DNA of 32,000 nt from Propionibacterium freudenreichii subsp. freudenreichii (GTDB taxonomy: Bacteria; Actinomycetota; Actinomycetes; Propionibacteriales; Propionibacteriaceae): positions 1,170,001 to 1,202,000 of the forward strand of contig NZ_CP010341.1 of assembly GCF_000940845.1 (NCBI RefSeq). The letters run 5' to 3'. Made by a program: the position numbers and the translations under genes. This document shows positions 1-9,431 of the stretch, piece by piece; the stretch's first letter is position 1; every line of letters begins with the position of its first letter. Below the pieces are notes generated by a model. That model made no database searches. It had not been told where the DNA came from and saw only the letters and a list, made by a program, of their open reading frames with translations.

Positions 1-1
1 C

Positions 2-922
2 GGAGGGCTTGCACCGCTCGCCTCCACGGTGTTGATGAACGTGGTTCCCGCCCAGGTGGCCGGCGTGCAATCGATCGCCGTGGCCACGCCGCCACAGGCC
101 GAGTTCGGCGGCCTTCCCCACCCCACGATCCTGGCCGTGTGCCGGCTCCTGGGGGTTACGGAGGTCTACGCGGTCGGTGGTGCGCAGGCCGTCGCGATGT
201 TCGCCTACGGGGTGCCGGGCCTGTGTCGCAGGGCCGACATGGTCACCGGACCGGGAAATATCTATGTCGTGGCGGCCAAGCGCCTGCTGCGCGGACGGAT
301 CGGCATCGATGCCGAGGCCGGTCCCACCGAGATCCTCGTGCTGGCCGATGACCGGGCGAATCCGGCCTATGTGGCCGCCGACCTGATCAGCCAGGCCGAG
401 CACGATCCGATGGCCGGCGCAGTACTGGTCACCGACTCGAGCGCCCTGCTCACCCGGGTCGAGGAGGAGTTGGCCGACCAGGTCGAGCGGCTCGCCACCC
501 GGGACCGCCTGAAGGTCTCACTGACCGGTGAGCAGTCAGGCGTGGTGCTGGTGGCCGACATGGACCAGGGCATCGATGTGGTCAATGACTACGCTCCGGA
601 GCACCTGGAGATCCAGACCGTCGATGCTGCGGCGCTGGCCCAGCGCGTGCGTTCGGCCGGGGCAGTGTTCGTGGGCTCCCATTCCCCGGTGCCGTTGGGC
701 GACTATTCGGCCGGCTCGACGCACGTCCTGCCGACCGGGGGAGCGGCACACTTCTCGTCCGGATTGACCACCCGCAGCTTCCTCAAGGCGATGCATATCA
801 TCGACTACTCGGCGCAGGCGCTCGGCGCCATCGGCGACGCCGTCGAACAGTTCGCGCACGCCGAGCACCTGCCCGGCCACGCCGAGGCCATTGCGGTACG
901 CACCGGACGAGAGGTCGAATGA
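2..922 (+). CDS. hisD: Histidinol dehydrogenase, C-terminal part (5' end lies upstream of the window)
   Basis: The frame is open from nt 2. The product carries HisD hallmarks ([62 protein letters not shown]). Stop TGA 920-922 overlaps the hisC ATG at 919 (ATGA). Confidence 0.93.
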   Translation, partial: GGLAPLASTVLMNVVPAQVAGVQSIAVATPPQAEFGGLPHPTILAVCRLLGVTEVYAVGGAQAVAMFAYGVPGLCRRADMVTGPGNIYVVAAKRLLRGRIGIDAEAGPTEILVLADDRANPAYVAADLISQAEHDPMAGAVLVTDSSALLTRVEEELADQVERLATRDRLKVSLTGEQSGVVLVADMDQGIDVVNDYAPEHLEIQTVDAAALAQRVRSAGAVFVGSHSPVPLGDYSAGSTHVLPTGGAAHFSSGLTTRSFLKAMHIIDYSAQALGAIGDAVEQFAHAEHLPGHAEAIAVRTGREVE

Positions 923-2142
923 TGAGCGCAGCACCGCGCGATCCGCGCACCACCCAGCTCCAGGCCTCGGCCGTGCCGGGCCCGGAGATCTCGCTCGCCG
1001 AACTGCCATTGCGTCCCGAACTGGTGGGTGAGGAGCCCTATGGCGCCCCCCAGCTCGACGTTCCGGTGGCACTCAACACCAACGAGAACCCCTACTCGCC
1101 CAGCGTGCTGGTGCGGGCACAGATGGCTGCTGCCATCGAAAGGGTCGCCCGCACCCTCAACCGCTATCCCGACCGGGAGGCCCTTGAGCTGCGCGCCGAT
1201 CTGGCCAAGTACCTCGGTTTCGGCCTGCACGCCCGCAACATCTGGGTCGCCAACGGATCCAACGAGGTGATGACCCATGTGTTGTCGGCGTTCGGTGGGC
1301 CGGGGCGCACCGTCCTGACCTTCACCCCCACCTACTCGATGTATCCGGAATACGCGCGCAATACGCACACGAACTATGTGACGGTGCCGCGCAAGCCCGA
1401 CTTCACCCTCGACAGTGAGCTCGTGCTGCAGGCGGTGGCAGAGCACCATCCCGATGTCATCCTGATCACCACCCCGAACAATCCCACCGGAACCCTCACG
1501 CCGGTCAAGGTGGTGGAGGAGATCCTGGAGCGCACCGACGCGCTGGTCGTGGTCGATGAGGCCTACCAGGAGTTCACCGAGTTCCCCGAGGACTCGGCTC
1601 TGGCCCTGTTGCCGCGCTTCGGACGACTCATCGTGAGTCGCACCATGAGCAAGGCCTTCGCCCTGGCCGGTGGGCGGGTCGGATACCTGGCGGCAGCGCC
1701 CGCCGTCGTCGATGCCTGCCGGATCGTGCGCCTGCCGTACCACCTTTCCGCCCAGACCCAGGCCATTGCCCGGGTCGCGCTGGCGAACAAGTCGGAATTG
1801 CTGGCCCAGGTGGACGAGCTGCGCCAGGCCTGCCAGGACCTTCAGGACTGGCTGCGCCGCACCGGGTTGGACGTGGTGCCGAGCCAGGCGAACTTCTGCC
1901 TGTTCGGCCGCTTCGTCGACCGCCATGCGGTATGGCAGGCCCTGCTGGACGAAGGGGTCCTGGTGCGCGAGACCGGGCCGGAGGGCTTCCTGAGGGTCAG
2001 CGCCGGAACCCCCGAGGAGATGGCCGCCTTCCGCGCCGCGCTGGGGCCCATCATCATCCACCAGGGGGTTCTCGCCCCGGGCCTGATGGCCCGGGTGAAG
2101 CCCGAGGGCCCCGCAAAGCTTCCGAAGGGAATGAAGAAATGA
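919..2142 (+). CDS. hisC: Histidinol-phosphate aminotransferase
   Basis: 407-aa ORF with [16 protein letters not shown] and [17 protein letters not shown] (PLP-lysine motif of class II aminotransferases). ATGA overlaps at both ends. The N- and C-terminal tails look longer than in homologues I recall, so the exact start is uncertain. Confidence 0.9.
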   Translation: MMSAAPRDPRTTQLQASAVPGPEISLAELPLRPELVGEEPYGAPQLDVPVALNTNENPYSPSVLVRAQMAAAIERVARTLNRYPDREALELRADLAKYLGFGLHARNIWVANGSNEVMTHVLSAFGGPGRTVLTFTPTYSMYPEYARNTHTNYVTVPRKPDFTLDSELVLQAVAEHHPDVILITTPNNPTGTLTPVKVVEEILERTDALVVVDEAYQEFTEFPEDSALALLPRFGRLIVSRTMSKAFALAGGRVGYLAAAPAVVDACRIVRLPYHLSAQTQAIARVALANKSELLAQVDELRQACQDLQDWLRRTGLDVVPSQANFCLFGRFVDRHAVWQALLDEGVLVRETGPEGFLRVSAGTPEEMAAFRAALGPIIIHQGVLAPGLMARVKPEGPAKLPKGMKK

Positions 2143-2747
2143 GTCGTTCCGCGGCCATCCATCGCGTCACCTCCGAATCCGATGTGAGCGTCGAGCTTGA
2201 CCTCGACGGCACCGGGTCATCCCAGATCTCCACGGGCGTGGGCTTCTACGACCACATGCTCACGTCCTTCTCGAAGCACTCACTGATCGACCTGACGGTG
2301 CGTACCACGGGCGATATCCAGATCGACGGCCACCACTCGATCGAGGACACTGCCATCGCGATCGGCCAGGCCCTCGGCGAGGCGCTGGGCGACAAGCGTG
2401 GCATCCGTCGCTTCGGCGACGCCATCGTGCCGCTCGATGAGGCGCTCGCACAGGCAGTGGTCGACGTCGCGGGGCGTCCCTATGTGGTGTGCAGCGGCGA
2501 GCCCGACTCACAGATCACCGTCCGCATCGGTGGCACCGAGCCGTTGTATCCGGGATCGATGACCTATCACGTGATCGAGTCGCTGGCCTCCAACGCCGGA
2601 CTGTGCGTGCACCTGAAGCTCCTCGCCGGACGCGAACCGCATCACATCGTGGAGGCCGAGTTCAAGGCCCTGGCGCGCGCCCTGCGGATGGCCGTCGAAC
2701 CTGATCCCCGGGTGAGCGGGGTCCCGAGCACCAAGGGCCTGCTATGA
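2139..2747 (+). CDS. hisB: Imidazoleglycerol-phosphate dehydratase
   Basis: I chose the internal ATG 2139 of ORF 1932-2747 because it forms an ATGA overlap with the hisC stop. The product begins [24 protein letters not shown] and contains the IGPD motifs [14 protein letters not shown] and [17 protein letters not shown]. Confidence 0.9.
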   Translation: MSRSAAIHRVTSESDVSVELDLDGTGSSQISTGVGFYDHMLTSFSKHSLIDLTVRTTGDIQIDGHHSIEDTAIAIGQALGEALGDKRGIRRFGDAIVPLDEALAQAVVDVAGRPYVVCSGEPDSQITVRIGGTEPLYPGSMTYHVIESLASNAGLCVHLKLLAGREPHHIVEAEFKALARALRMAVEPDPRVSGVPSTKGLL

Positions 2748-3421
2748 CCGGTCCCACGTTGGCCCCCGGGGCGTTGCGTGAACCCGGGGCACTTGCCGCG
2801 TCCCCCAGCGTGGGGGTGCTCGACTACGGCTCCGGGAACCTCCATTCGGCCGTGCGGGCCCTGGCCGCGGCCGGGGCCAGGGTCACCCTGAGCAGCAGCC
2901 GCGCGGAGCTGGAAGCCTGCGAACGACTCGTCGTGCCGGGTGTTGGTGCCTTTGCGGCCTGCATGGAACAGCTCAGGTCGGTGGGTGGGGTCGAGCTGGT
3001 CCGTGACTGGGCGGCCTCGGGCCGTCCGCTGCTGGGCATCTGCGTGGGTCACCAGGTCTTCTTCCGCCACGGCGTGGAAAAGGGCATCAGCTCCGAGGGG
3101 ATCGGCATCTACCACGGCACGGTCGAGATGCTCGACGCCGTGCGGCTGCCGCACATGGGCTGGAACACCGTGGAGCCGCCAGCCGACAGCAGGCTCTTCG
3201 CGGGGGTCGGGGACAAGCGCTTCTACTTCGTCCACTCCTATGCAAGTCACGCCGTCGAACAGCCCGGCGCGATGGTCACCTGGTGCGAGCACGGCGGTGA
3301 CCGGTTCGTGGCCGGTGTCGAATGGCGCAATGTCTGCTCCACGCAGTTCCACCCGGAAAAGTCGGGCGCGGCCGGAGCACGACTGCTGGCCAACTGGCTG
3401 GCCATGTCGCCCGCGGCTTGA
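2744..3421 (+). CDS. hisH: Imidazole glycerol phosphate synthase, glutamine amidotransferase subunit
   Basis: [28 protein letters not shown] (nucleophile Cys), FVHSY and TQFHPEKS match a class I amidotransferase HisH. ATG 2744 overlaps the hisB stop (ATGA). GTG 2810 and 2816 are alternative starts. Confidence 0.9.
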   Translation: MTGPTLAPGALREPGALAASPSVGVLDYGSGNLHSAVRALAAAGARVTLSSSRAELEACERLVVPGVGAFAACMEQLRSVGGVELVRDWAASGRPLLGICVGHQVFFRHGVEKGISSEGIGIYHGTVEMLDAVRLPHMGWNTVEPPADSRLFAGVGDKRFYFVHSYASHAVEQPGAMVTWCEHGGDRFVAGVEWRNVCSTQFHPEKSGAAGARLLANWLAMSPAA

Positions 3422-3489
3422 GCGGGCGTCGCGGCATCGCGTGGCGGGGCAGTAGGGTCCCGCCCGTCCCGGTGAGCTAGGGTTTCGGC

Positions 3490-4215
3490 GTGACCACCGC
3501 ACTGACGATCCTGCCTGCCGTTGATGTCCAGAACGGACAGGCGGTGCAATTGGTACAAGGTGTTGCCGGCACCGAGAAGGTGTTCGGCGACCCGCATCAG
3601 GCAGCCAAGCGATGGGCCGAGCAGGGGGCTTCCTGGCTGCACCTGGTCGATCTTGATGCGGCCTTCGGGCGGGGTTCGAATGCCGAACTCCTGGCCGAGG
3701 TGATCGCCGGAGTCGACCTCAACGTGGAACTGTCGGGTGGAATTCGCGACGACGCGAGCCTGGAGCGTGCGCTGTCGACCGGCTGCAAGCGCGTCAACAT
3801 CGGCACCGCCGCCCTGGAGAACCCGCAGTGGTGCCGCAAGGTCATTGCCGCCTACGGCGAGCGGATCGCGATCGGCCTGGACGTCAAGGGCACGAAGCTC
3901 GCGGCGCGGGGCTGGACCCGCGAGGGCGGTGACCTGTTCGAGACCATCTCGGCGATGGACGAGGCCGGGTGCCAGCGCTATGTGGTCACCGATGTGGCCA
4001 GTGACGGCATGCTCACCGGCCCGAATGTGACGCTGCTCAGGCAGGTCTGCGAGCACACGGACGCTGCGGTCGTCGCCTCCGGCGGCGTCGGTTCCCTGGA
4101 CGATGTCAAGACGCTGCGGACCCTGGTTCCCGAAGGCGTCGAGGGAGTCATCATCGGCACCGCCCTCTACCTCGGCAAGGTCAAGTTGCCCGAGGCCCTG
4201 GCGGCGGCGCGATGA
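3490..4215 (+). CDS. hisA: ProFAR isomerase HisA (actinobacterial PriA-type (beta/alpha)8 isomerase)
   Basis: GTG start at 3490. Motifs [39 protein letters not shown] and [11 protein letters not shown] are present. Whether it is dual-substrate PriA cannot be decided from this window. Confidence 0.88.
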   Translation: MTTALTILPAVDVQNGQAVQLVQGVAGTEKVFGDPHQAAKRWAEQGASWLHLVDLDAAFGRGSNAELLAEVIAGVDLNVELSGGIRDDASLERALSTGCKRVNIGTAALENPQWCRKVIAAYGERIAIGLDVKGTKLAARGWTREGGDLFETISAMDEAGCQRYVVTDVASDGMLTGPNVTLLRQVCEHTDAAVVASGGVGSLDDVKTLRTLVPEGVEGVIIGTALYLGKVKLPEALAAAR

Positions 4216-5249
4216 CGCCGGAATGGGCTGAGGCGTTCGTCGACGACGTCCTCGAATGGAGTTTCATGGGCTTCGACGACCTCGAGGAGGTCGCCGAACT
4301 GCGTGCCGCGATCGAATACTTTGACGATCCCGTGCAGACCATCAGCTATGCCGACTTCGTCGCGGCGTGGAACCGGCCGGGGGCCCACGCAAGCCATCAT
4401 GCGGTGGTCGGCCGCGAACGCAGTGGCAGCATCGTCGCCTACGGGTGGAACCATCCGGGACTGCCCACGGACGCCAATCCCTCGGTGTGGTTCGACATCG
4501 GCGTGCATCCGGCGTGGCGCCACCAGGGGATTCGCCACAGACTGACGATGTGGTTGATCGGACGCGCGCAGCAGTGGTGGGAACATATTCGCACCGCGCA
4601 GACCGGTGCCCTGTGGGTCGGCACGACGGTTGACGAGAAGCGTGGCGGACTCACCCGCTCGATGATCGAGGCCGGGCTCACCCCGCAGCGCTGGTTCTTC
4701 GACATGCATCGTCCCCTGGAGGCGGGGGATTCCCTGCCGCCGCTGCCGAAGCTGACCGATGTCTCCATCGTGCCCTTCGATGACTCACTCAGCGAGCTGG
4801 TGCGCCAGGCCCACAACGAGGCCATGGCCACGCGGCCGGGATCGAGCCCGGTGAGTGCCCAGGCATGGGAATCGTCGATCAACAACCATCCGGAGAACTC
4901 ACAACTGTCCTGGGTGGCCCTGGTCAACCGTGACACTCCCGCCCACGAGGGCGCGGCACACGGTCGGGTGGTCGGCTATGCAATGAACCTGGCCTATGAC
5001 GACGAGACCAGTGAGGGGTGGACCGAGCGGCTCGGCGTGTGCCCGTGGTGCCGCAAGAAGGGCATTGGTCGTGCGCTGGTGATCGCCTCGATGCGTGGAT
5101 TTGCCGACGCCGGCCTGACCAGCGCCGGCGTGGGGGTCGACACGGAAGACCCCAATACCGCAGCCCGCTTCTTCGGGGTTCTGGGCTTCGAGGAGACCGA
5201 GCGCGTGGTGGTGTATGGACGTACTTTCAGGGTCGAACAGCCGGACTGA
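4212..5249 (+). CDS. Two-domain GNAT family N-acetyltransferase (MshD-like architecture, substrate unknown)
   Basis: 345 aa, and ATG 4212 overlaps the hisA stop (ATGA). It has two acetyl-CoA motif-A-like segments. The first is degenerate ([14 protein letters not shown]). The second is canonical RxxGxG ([15 protein letters not shown]), followed by FFGVLGFEE. Confidence 0.7.
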   Translation: MTPEWAEAFVDDVLEWSFMGFDDLEEVAELRAAIEYFDDPVQTISYADFVAAWNRPGAHASHHAVVGRERSGSIVAYGWNHPGLPTDANPSVWFDIGVHPAWRHQGIRHRLTMWLIGRAQQWWEHIRTAQTGALWVGTTVDEKRGGLTRSMIEAGLTPQRWFFDMHRPLEAGDSLPPLPKLTDVSIVPFDDSLSELVRQAHNEAMATRPGSSPVSAQAWESSINNHPENSQLSWVALVNRDTPAHEGAAHGRVVGYAMNLAYDDETSEGWTERLGVCPWCRKKGIGRALVIASMRGFADAGLTSAGVGVDTEDPNTAARFFGVLGFEETERVVVYGRTFRVEQPD

Positions 5250-5314
5250 CCGGCCTTGTCCCCGGCAGGCCGGCATGGTCGGGGAGGTTCGTGTAGGGGC
5301 GCCGCTGGGCACAG

Positions 5315-5344
5315 ATGACCCGGAGCCGGCGCTGTCGGTAGAAT
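5315..5344 (+). promoter_or_regulatory. Candidate sigma-A-type promoter for yebC (-35 ATGACC, -10 TAGAAT)
   Basis: ATGACC at 5315-5320 and TAGAAT at 5339-5344 are separated by 18 nt and lie about 70 nt upstream of the yebC ATG. Found by hexamer inspection only. Confidence 0.35.
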
Positions 5345-5412
5345 CGTGATGTTGTCGCGCCGCCCGACAGGGTGTTGCGTGTTGCACATCTGAGGAAGAA
5401 GGGTTCGGGTAG

Positions 5413-6213
5413 ATGAGCGGTCATTCCAAGTGGGCCACGACCAAGCACAAGAAGGCTGCGATTGACGCCAAGCGCGGCAAGCTGTTCGCCAAACTGGTGA
5501 AGAACGTCGAAGTCTCGGCCCGCGTGGGTGGCGGCGACCCATCCGGAAACCCGACGCTGTTCGACGCGATCCAGAAGGCCAAGAAGAACTCGGTGCCCAA
5601 TGACAACATCGATCGCGCCGTCAAGCGCGGTTCCGGTGAGGGCGCTGACGCGGTCAGCTACGAAGACATCATGTACGAGGCCTATGGCCCCGACGGCGTG
5701 GCCATCCTCATCGACTGCCTCACCGACAACCGCAACCGCGCCATTGCCGACGTGCGCACCACGATCACCCGCAACGGGGCCACACTGGCCGACGGCGGCT
5801 CGGTGCGTCGGCTCTTCGAGCGCAAGGGCGTCGTGCGGGTCCCCAAGACCTGGGAGGTCGAGGAGGGCCGCAAGTCGGTCGAGAAGAGCGTTGACGAGGA
5901 CCAGTTGATGGAAGCCACCATCGACGCCCCCGTGGAGAACATCGAGGACCAGGGCGAGGGGTTCGAGATCACCTGCGATCCCAATGACCTGGTCGAGGTG
6001 CGCAAGTCCGTCCAGGCCGCCGGCATCGACTACGAGTCGGCCGAGGTGGCCTTCGTGCCCAGCTTCACCCAGGCGGTGGACGACCTCGAGGTCGCCCAGA
6101 AGATCGAGAAGCTGGTCGACCTGCTCGACGACCTCGACGACGTGCAGGAGGTCTACACCAACGCCGAGTACAGCGAGGCGGTCGAGAAGGGCCTCGAGGA
6201 AGCTGACGACTAG
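5413..6213 (+). CDS. yebC: YebC/PmpR (TACO1) family DNA-binding transcriptional regulator
   Basis: The N-terminus [28 protein letters not shown] is the family signature. A GAGGAAGAAGG Shine-Dalgarno lies upstream. There is a short insertion (about [18 protein letters not shown]) relative to the roughly 250-aa homologues I recall. Confidence 0.92.
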   Translation: MSGHSKWATTKHKKAAIDAKRGKLFAKLVKNVEVSARVGGGDPSGNPTLFDAIQKAKKNSVPNDNIDRAVKRGSGEGADAVSYEDIMYEAYGPDGVAILIDCLTDNRNRAIADVRTTITRNGATLADGGSVRRLFERKGVVRVPKTWEVEEGRKSVEKSVDEDQLMEATIDAPVENIEDQGEGFEITCDPNDLVEVRKSVQAAGIDYESAEVAFVPSFTQAVDDLEVAQKIEKLVDLLDDLDDVQEVYTNAEYSEAVEKGLEEADD

Positions 6214-6248
6214 TCCCTGACAGGGCCCGTACGGGCCCCTGCCACCAC

Positions 6249-6278
6249 GCCGGCCCCGGGATGCGTCCCGGGGCCGGC
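6249..6278 (+). terminator. Intrinsic terminator hairpin downstream of yebC
   Basis: A perfect 13-bp GC-rich stem, GCCGGCCCCGGGA / TCCCGGGGCCGGC, with loop TGCG. It is followed by the T-enriched GTGTCTGTTGT. Confidence 0.7.
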
Positions 6279-6309
6279 GTGTCTGTTGTCCCGGCGTGTC
6301 TGTTGTCCC
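6274..6309. repeat. Perfect tandem duplication, period 17 bp (CCGGCGTGTCTGTTGTCCC twice, copies overlapping by 2 nt)
   Basis: By direct reading, 6274-6292 is identical to 6291-6309. The first copy overlaps the 3' arm of the yebC terminator. Confidence 0.9.
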
Positions 6310-6332
6310 AGGTGGGCATCTGGCCCTAGGCT
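6303..6332 (+). promoter_or_regulatory. Candidate ruvC promoter (-35 TTGTCC, -10 TAGGCT)
   Basis: TTGTCC at 6303-6308 and TAGGCT (TAnnnT) at 6327-6332 are separated by 18 nt. The -10 directly abuts the SOS box. Confidence 0.35.
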
Positions 6333-6333
6333 G

Positions 6334-6349
6334 TCGAACAGTTGTTCGG
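6334..6349. promoter_or_regulatory. LexA (SOS/Cheo) box TCGAAC-AGTT-GTTCGG
   Basis: It matches the actinobacterial/Gram-positive LexA consensus TCGAAC-N4-GTTCGA at 11 of 12 defined positions, and the core GAAC-N4-GTTC is perfect. It lies about 130 nt upstream of ruvC, a known SOS-regulated gene in mycobacteria. Confidence 0.65.
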
Positions 6350-6481
6350 ATAGGCCGCCGGTGGCCGGATCGACGCACGGCTCGTGGCGCGGGTCCGCAG
6401 CCCGGGAGCCCGGCCGGGGCGAACGGGTGGGGGTCATTGTCGGGTGTGGATCATTGGAATGGGGGCACTGGAGTGCGCGTA

Positions 6482-7093
6482 ATGGGCGTTGACCCGGGCC
6501 TGACGCGTTGCGGTGTCGGAATTGTCGACGGAACCCCCGGCGCGCGTCCCCAGTTCGTGGCCGTGGGCGTCATCCGCACCGATCCGCACACCGAGCACGC
6601 CTATCGGCTGCTGGCCATTGAAGAGGGCCTGGGGGAGTGGTTCGACCACTACCAGCCGCAGGCGATCTCCATCGAACGTGTCTTCGCCCAACACAATCTC
6701 AGCACCGTGACGGGGATCGGGCAGGTCGCCGGCATCGCCATGATGCTCGGCGCGCGCCATGGCATTGACGTGGCCCTCCACACGCCCAGCGAGGTCAAGA
6801 GCGCCGTGACCGGTTCCGGTCGGGCCGACAAAGCCCAGGTGGGCGTGATGGTGGCCCAGGTGCTCCACCTCGCCAAGGCGCCCACGCCCGCCGACGCAGC
6901 CGATGCCCTGGCCCTGGCGGTCACCCACCTGTGGCGGGGCAGCGCCCAGAACCGCTATGCGACCGCTGCCCTGCAGGGTCGTTCGTCCGCCGCCGTGGCG
7001 CGCGCCCGCCGATCGGCGGCCATTGCCCGCGCCGCGCGGTCACGCACCGAGCGGCAGGCATCCAGTACTCGTGGAACCCGGGGGAGTTCGTGA
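6482..7093 (+). CDS. ruvC: Crossover junction endodeoxyribonuclease RuvC
   Basis: MGVDPGLTRCGVGIV (catalytic Asp), ISIERVF (Glu) and PADAADALALAVTH (C-terminal acidic pair) are present. ATG 6482 has GGAG 9 nt upstream, and GTG 6473 is an alternative start. The upstream part of ORF 6296-7093 covers the promoter/SOS box and is not coding. Confidence 0.9.
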   Translation: MGVDPGLTRCGVGIVDGTPGARPQFVAVGVIRTDPHTEHAYRLLAIEEGLGEWFDHYQPQAISIERVFAQHNLSTVTGIGQVAGIAMMLGARHGIDVALHTPSEVKSAVTGSGRADKAQVGVMVAQVLHLAKAPTPADAADALALAVTHLWRGSAQNRYATAALQGRSSAAVARARRSAAIARAARSRTERQASSTRGTRGSS

Positions 7094-7701
7094 TCGCACA
7101 GTTGCACGGAAAAGTTGCCGCCATCGGCGCAAACTGGCTGGTCATCGATGTGGCCGGGGTCGGCTTCCAGGTGTCCACCACCCCGAACACGACCTCTGCC
7201 CTGCGCACCGGCCAGACGGCCACCGTGTTCACGAGCCTGGTCGTGCGCGAGGATGCCATGAAGCTCTATGGCTTCGGCGGCACCGACGAGCGTGATTGCT
7301 TCGAGCTGTGTCGCACCGCCTCGGGAGTGGGTCCCAAGCTCGCCCTGGCGATCGTCAGCGTGCTGACGCCCGAGGAGTTCGCCACGGCAGTGCGTACGGA
7401 GGACCTCCCACGACTGTGCACCGTTCCGGGAATCGGCCGGAAGGGGGCCCAGAAGATCGTCATCGAGCTGAAGGACCGGGTGGATGCGCTGTTCGTGGCG
7501 CCCACTAACGGCTCGGCGAGCGTGGCGCCGGTCACCCCGGCCTGGCAGGAGCAGGTGATGGCGGGACTGGAGAGCCTCGGCTGGTCGAGCAGGGATGCCG
7601 AGGCGGCCTGCGAGACCGTGGCACCCCTCGCCGAGGAGGATCCCGAGGCGACGGTGGCCGCACTCATGAAGGCGGCGCTCGCGTCACTGGCCAGGGTGTG
7701 A
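7090..7701 (+). CDS. ruvA: Holliday junction branch migration complex subunit RuvA
   Basis: GTG 7090 overlaps the ruvC stop (GTGA). The product starts VIAQLHGKVAAIGANWLVIDVAGVGFQV and has helix-hairpin-helix motifs GVGPKLALAI and PGIGRKGAQKIVIELKD. Confidence 0.9.
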   Translation: MIAQLHGKVAAIGANWLVIDVAGVGFQVSTTPNTTSALRTGQTATVFTSLVVREDAMKLYGFGGTDERDCFELCRTASGVGPKLALAIVSVLTPEEFATAVRTEDLPRLCTVPGIGRKGAQKIVIELKDRVDALFVAPTNGSASVAPVTPAWQEQVMAGLESLGWSSRDAEAACETVAPLAEEDPEATVAALMKAALASLARV

Positions 7702-7764
7702 GGGGCCGGACCGGAACAATGGTGTCGATGTCGTTTTCACACTCCCCCCTAGGCTTGGGTCATC

Positions 7765-8790
7765 ATGGAACACTCTGCGGTTGATCCCTGGCCAGAGCCC
7801 GAGGAACGGGCCGCCGAAGCGGCCCTCCGGCCCTCCACCCTGGAGGAGTTCGAGGGCCAGCCGCGGGTCAGCGATCAGCTGGGCTTGGTGTTGTCGGCCG
7901 CCAAGCATCGCGGCACCACGCCTGACCACGTCCTCCTGTCGGGCCCGCCCGGACTGGGCAAGACCACCCTGGCAATGATCATCGCCTCCGAGATGGGCGT
8001 GCCACTGCACATCACCTCCGGCCCGGCGATCCAGCACCCCGGCGACCTGGCCGCCATCCTGTCGGGCCTGGTCGAGGGGGAGGTCCTGTTCCTCGACGAG
8101 ATCCATCGCATGTCGCGTCCGGCCGAGGAGATGCTCTACCTGGCGATGGAGGACTTCCGGGTGGATGTCGTCGTCGGCAAGGGGCCCGGGGCCACCGCCA
8201 TCCCGATCGAGATCCCGGCCTTCACGCTGGTGGGGGCCACGACGCGTGTCGGCCTGTTGCCCAGCCCGCTGCGTGACCGCTTCGGGTTCACCGGCAACCT
8301 GGACTTCTATGAGGTCGACGACCTGCAATCGATCGTCACGCGGTCCTCGGCCATGCTGGGGGTCGGGCTCGACGAGGCCTCGGCCCACGAGATCGCCAGC
8401 CGTTCGCGTGGCACGCCCCGCATCGCGAACCGCCTGCTGCGCCGGGTGCGGGACTACGCCCAGGTGAACAACCAGGGCAGGGTCGACCTGGCACTGACCC
8501 GGGCCGCCCTGGAGCTCTATGAGGTGGACCCGCTCGGCCTGGATCGCCTCGACCGGGCGGTCCTGGAGGCCATCTGCACCAAGTTCGGTGGGGGGCCGGT
8601 GGGCCTTTCGACCCTGGCGATCTCGGTGGCTGAGGAGGCCGAGACCGTCCAGGAGGTGGCGGAGCCTTTCCTGGTGCGGTTGGGTTTCCTGATGCGCACG
8701 CCGCGCGGACGGGTGGCCACCGAGGCGGGCTGGCGCCATCTCGGGCTCACGCCACCCAGCAGCGGTGACAACCCTGATCTGTTCACCTGA
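7765..8790 (+). CDS. ruvB: Holliday junction branch migration DNA helicase RuvB
   Basis: Walker [12 protein letters not shown], Walker B LFLDEIHR, sensor region [18 protein letters not shown] and [16 protein letters not shown] are present. Confidence 0.95.
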   Translation: MEHSAVDPWPEPEERAAEAALRPSTLEEFEGQPRVSDQLGLVLSAAKHRGTTPDHVLLSGPPGLGKTTLAMIIASEMGVPLHITSGPAIQHPGDLAAILSGLVEGEVLFLDEIHRMSRPAEEMLYLAMEDFRVDVVVGKGPGATAIPIEIPAFTLVGATTRVGLLPSPLRDRFGFTGNLDFYEVDDLQSIVTRSSAMLGVGLDEASAHEIASRSRGTPRIANRLLRRVRDYAQVNNQGRVDLALTRAALELYEVDPLGLDRLDRAVLEAICTKFGGGPVGLSTLAISVAEEAETVQEVAEPFLVRLGFLMRTPRGRVATEAGWRHLGLTPPSSGDNPDLFT

Positions 8791-8900
8791 GGCCCGCGGT
8801 CCCATCCGGCCCCGGTGTGGGATAAGAGGATCACACCCGGAGCCGCTAGACTCCTTGGGGCATGCCATCTGGGCACGCCTGATGAGGTGAGGACGACTGC

Positions 8901-9404
8901 ATGAACGGCCCATATCTGATCATCGCCTTCGTTGCGTTGATCGCCCTGTTCTATTTCATGACGATCAGGCCGCAACGCAAGCAGGCTGAGAAGCAGCGCG
9001 AGATGCACAACGCCATCGAGCCCGGCACGCGCGTCATGCTGACCAGTGGGATCTATGGAACCGTCACGGCAATCGGCGACAAGCAGTTCGTCCTGGAACT
9101 TGCCCCGGGCGTTGACATCACGGTGCTGAAGCAGGCGATCGTGCGGGTCGTGCAGCCCGATGACGAAGAATTCGAGTTCGCTGATCCCGGCGTCGAGATC
9201 AGCCGGGGCGATGACGAGCAGGGCGACCATGAGCTGGAGCCGGGCGCTTCATCCACCGACTCGGTGACCGATGCGCCCGCAGCCGGGCAGGCTGCCCCGT
9301 CCGACACCTCGCATGACGACGCCAGCACGGCCGATCCCGGGAATCCCTCGAGCGACCACGAGCCCGGCACTGACAACAAGTCGGCTGACGCCGAGCAGAA
9401 GTAG
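8901..9404 (+). CDS. yajC: Preprotein translocase subunit YajC with a long acidic C-terminal tail
   Basis: It has an N-terminal TM segment plus RPQRKQ....M...L..G..V.T.GG.YG.V, the YajC core. A GAGGTGAGGA Shine-Dalgarno lies upstream. Residues from about 86 to 167 are a D/E/S/P-rich low-complexity tail. Confidence 0.88.
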   Translation: MNGPYLIIAFVALIALFYFMTIRPQRKQAEKQREMHNAIEPGTRVMLTSGIYGTVTAIGDKQFVLELAPGVDITVLKQAIVRVVQPDDEEFEFADPGVEISRGDDEQGDHELEPGASSTDSVTDAPAAGQAAPSDTSHDDASTADPGNPSSDHEPGTDNKSADAEQK

Positions 9405-9431
9405 AACCCCCTCCAGGAGAAGTCTCGGCAC

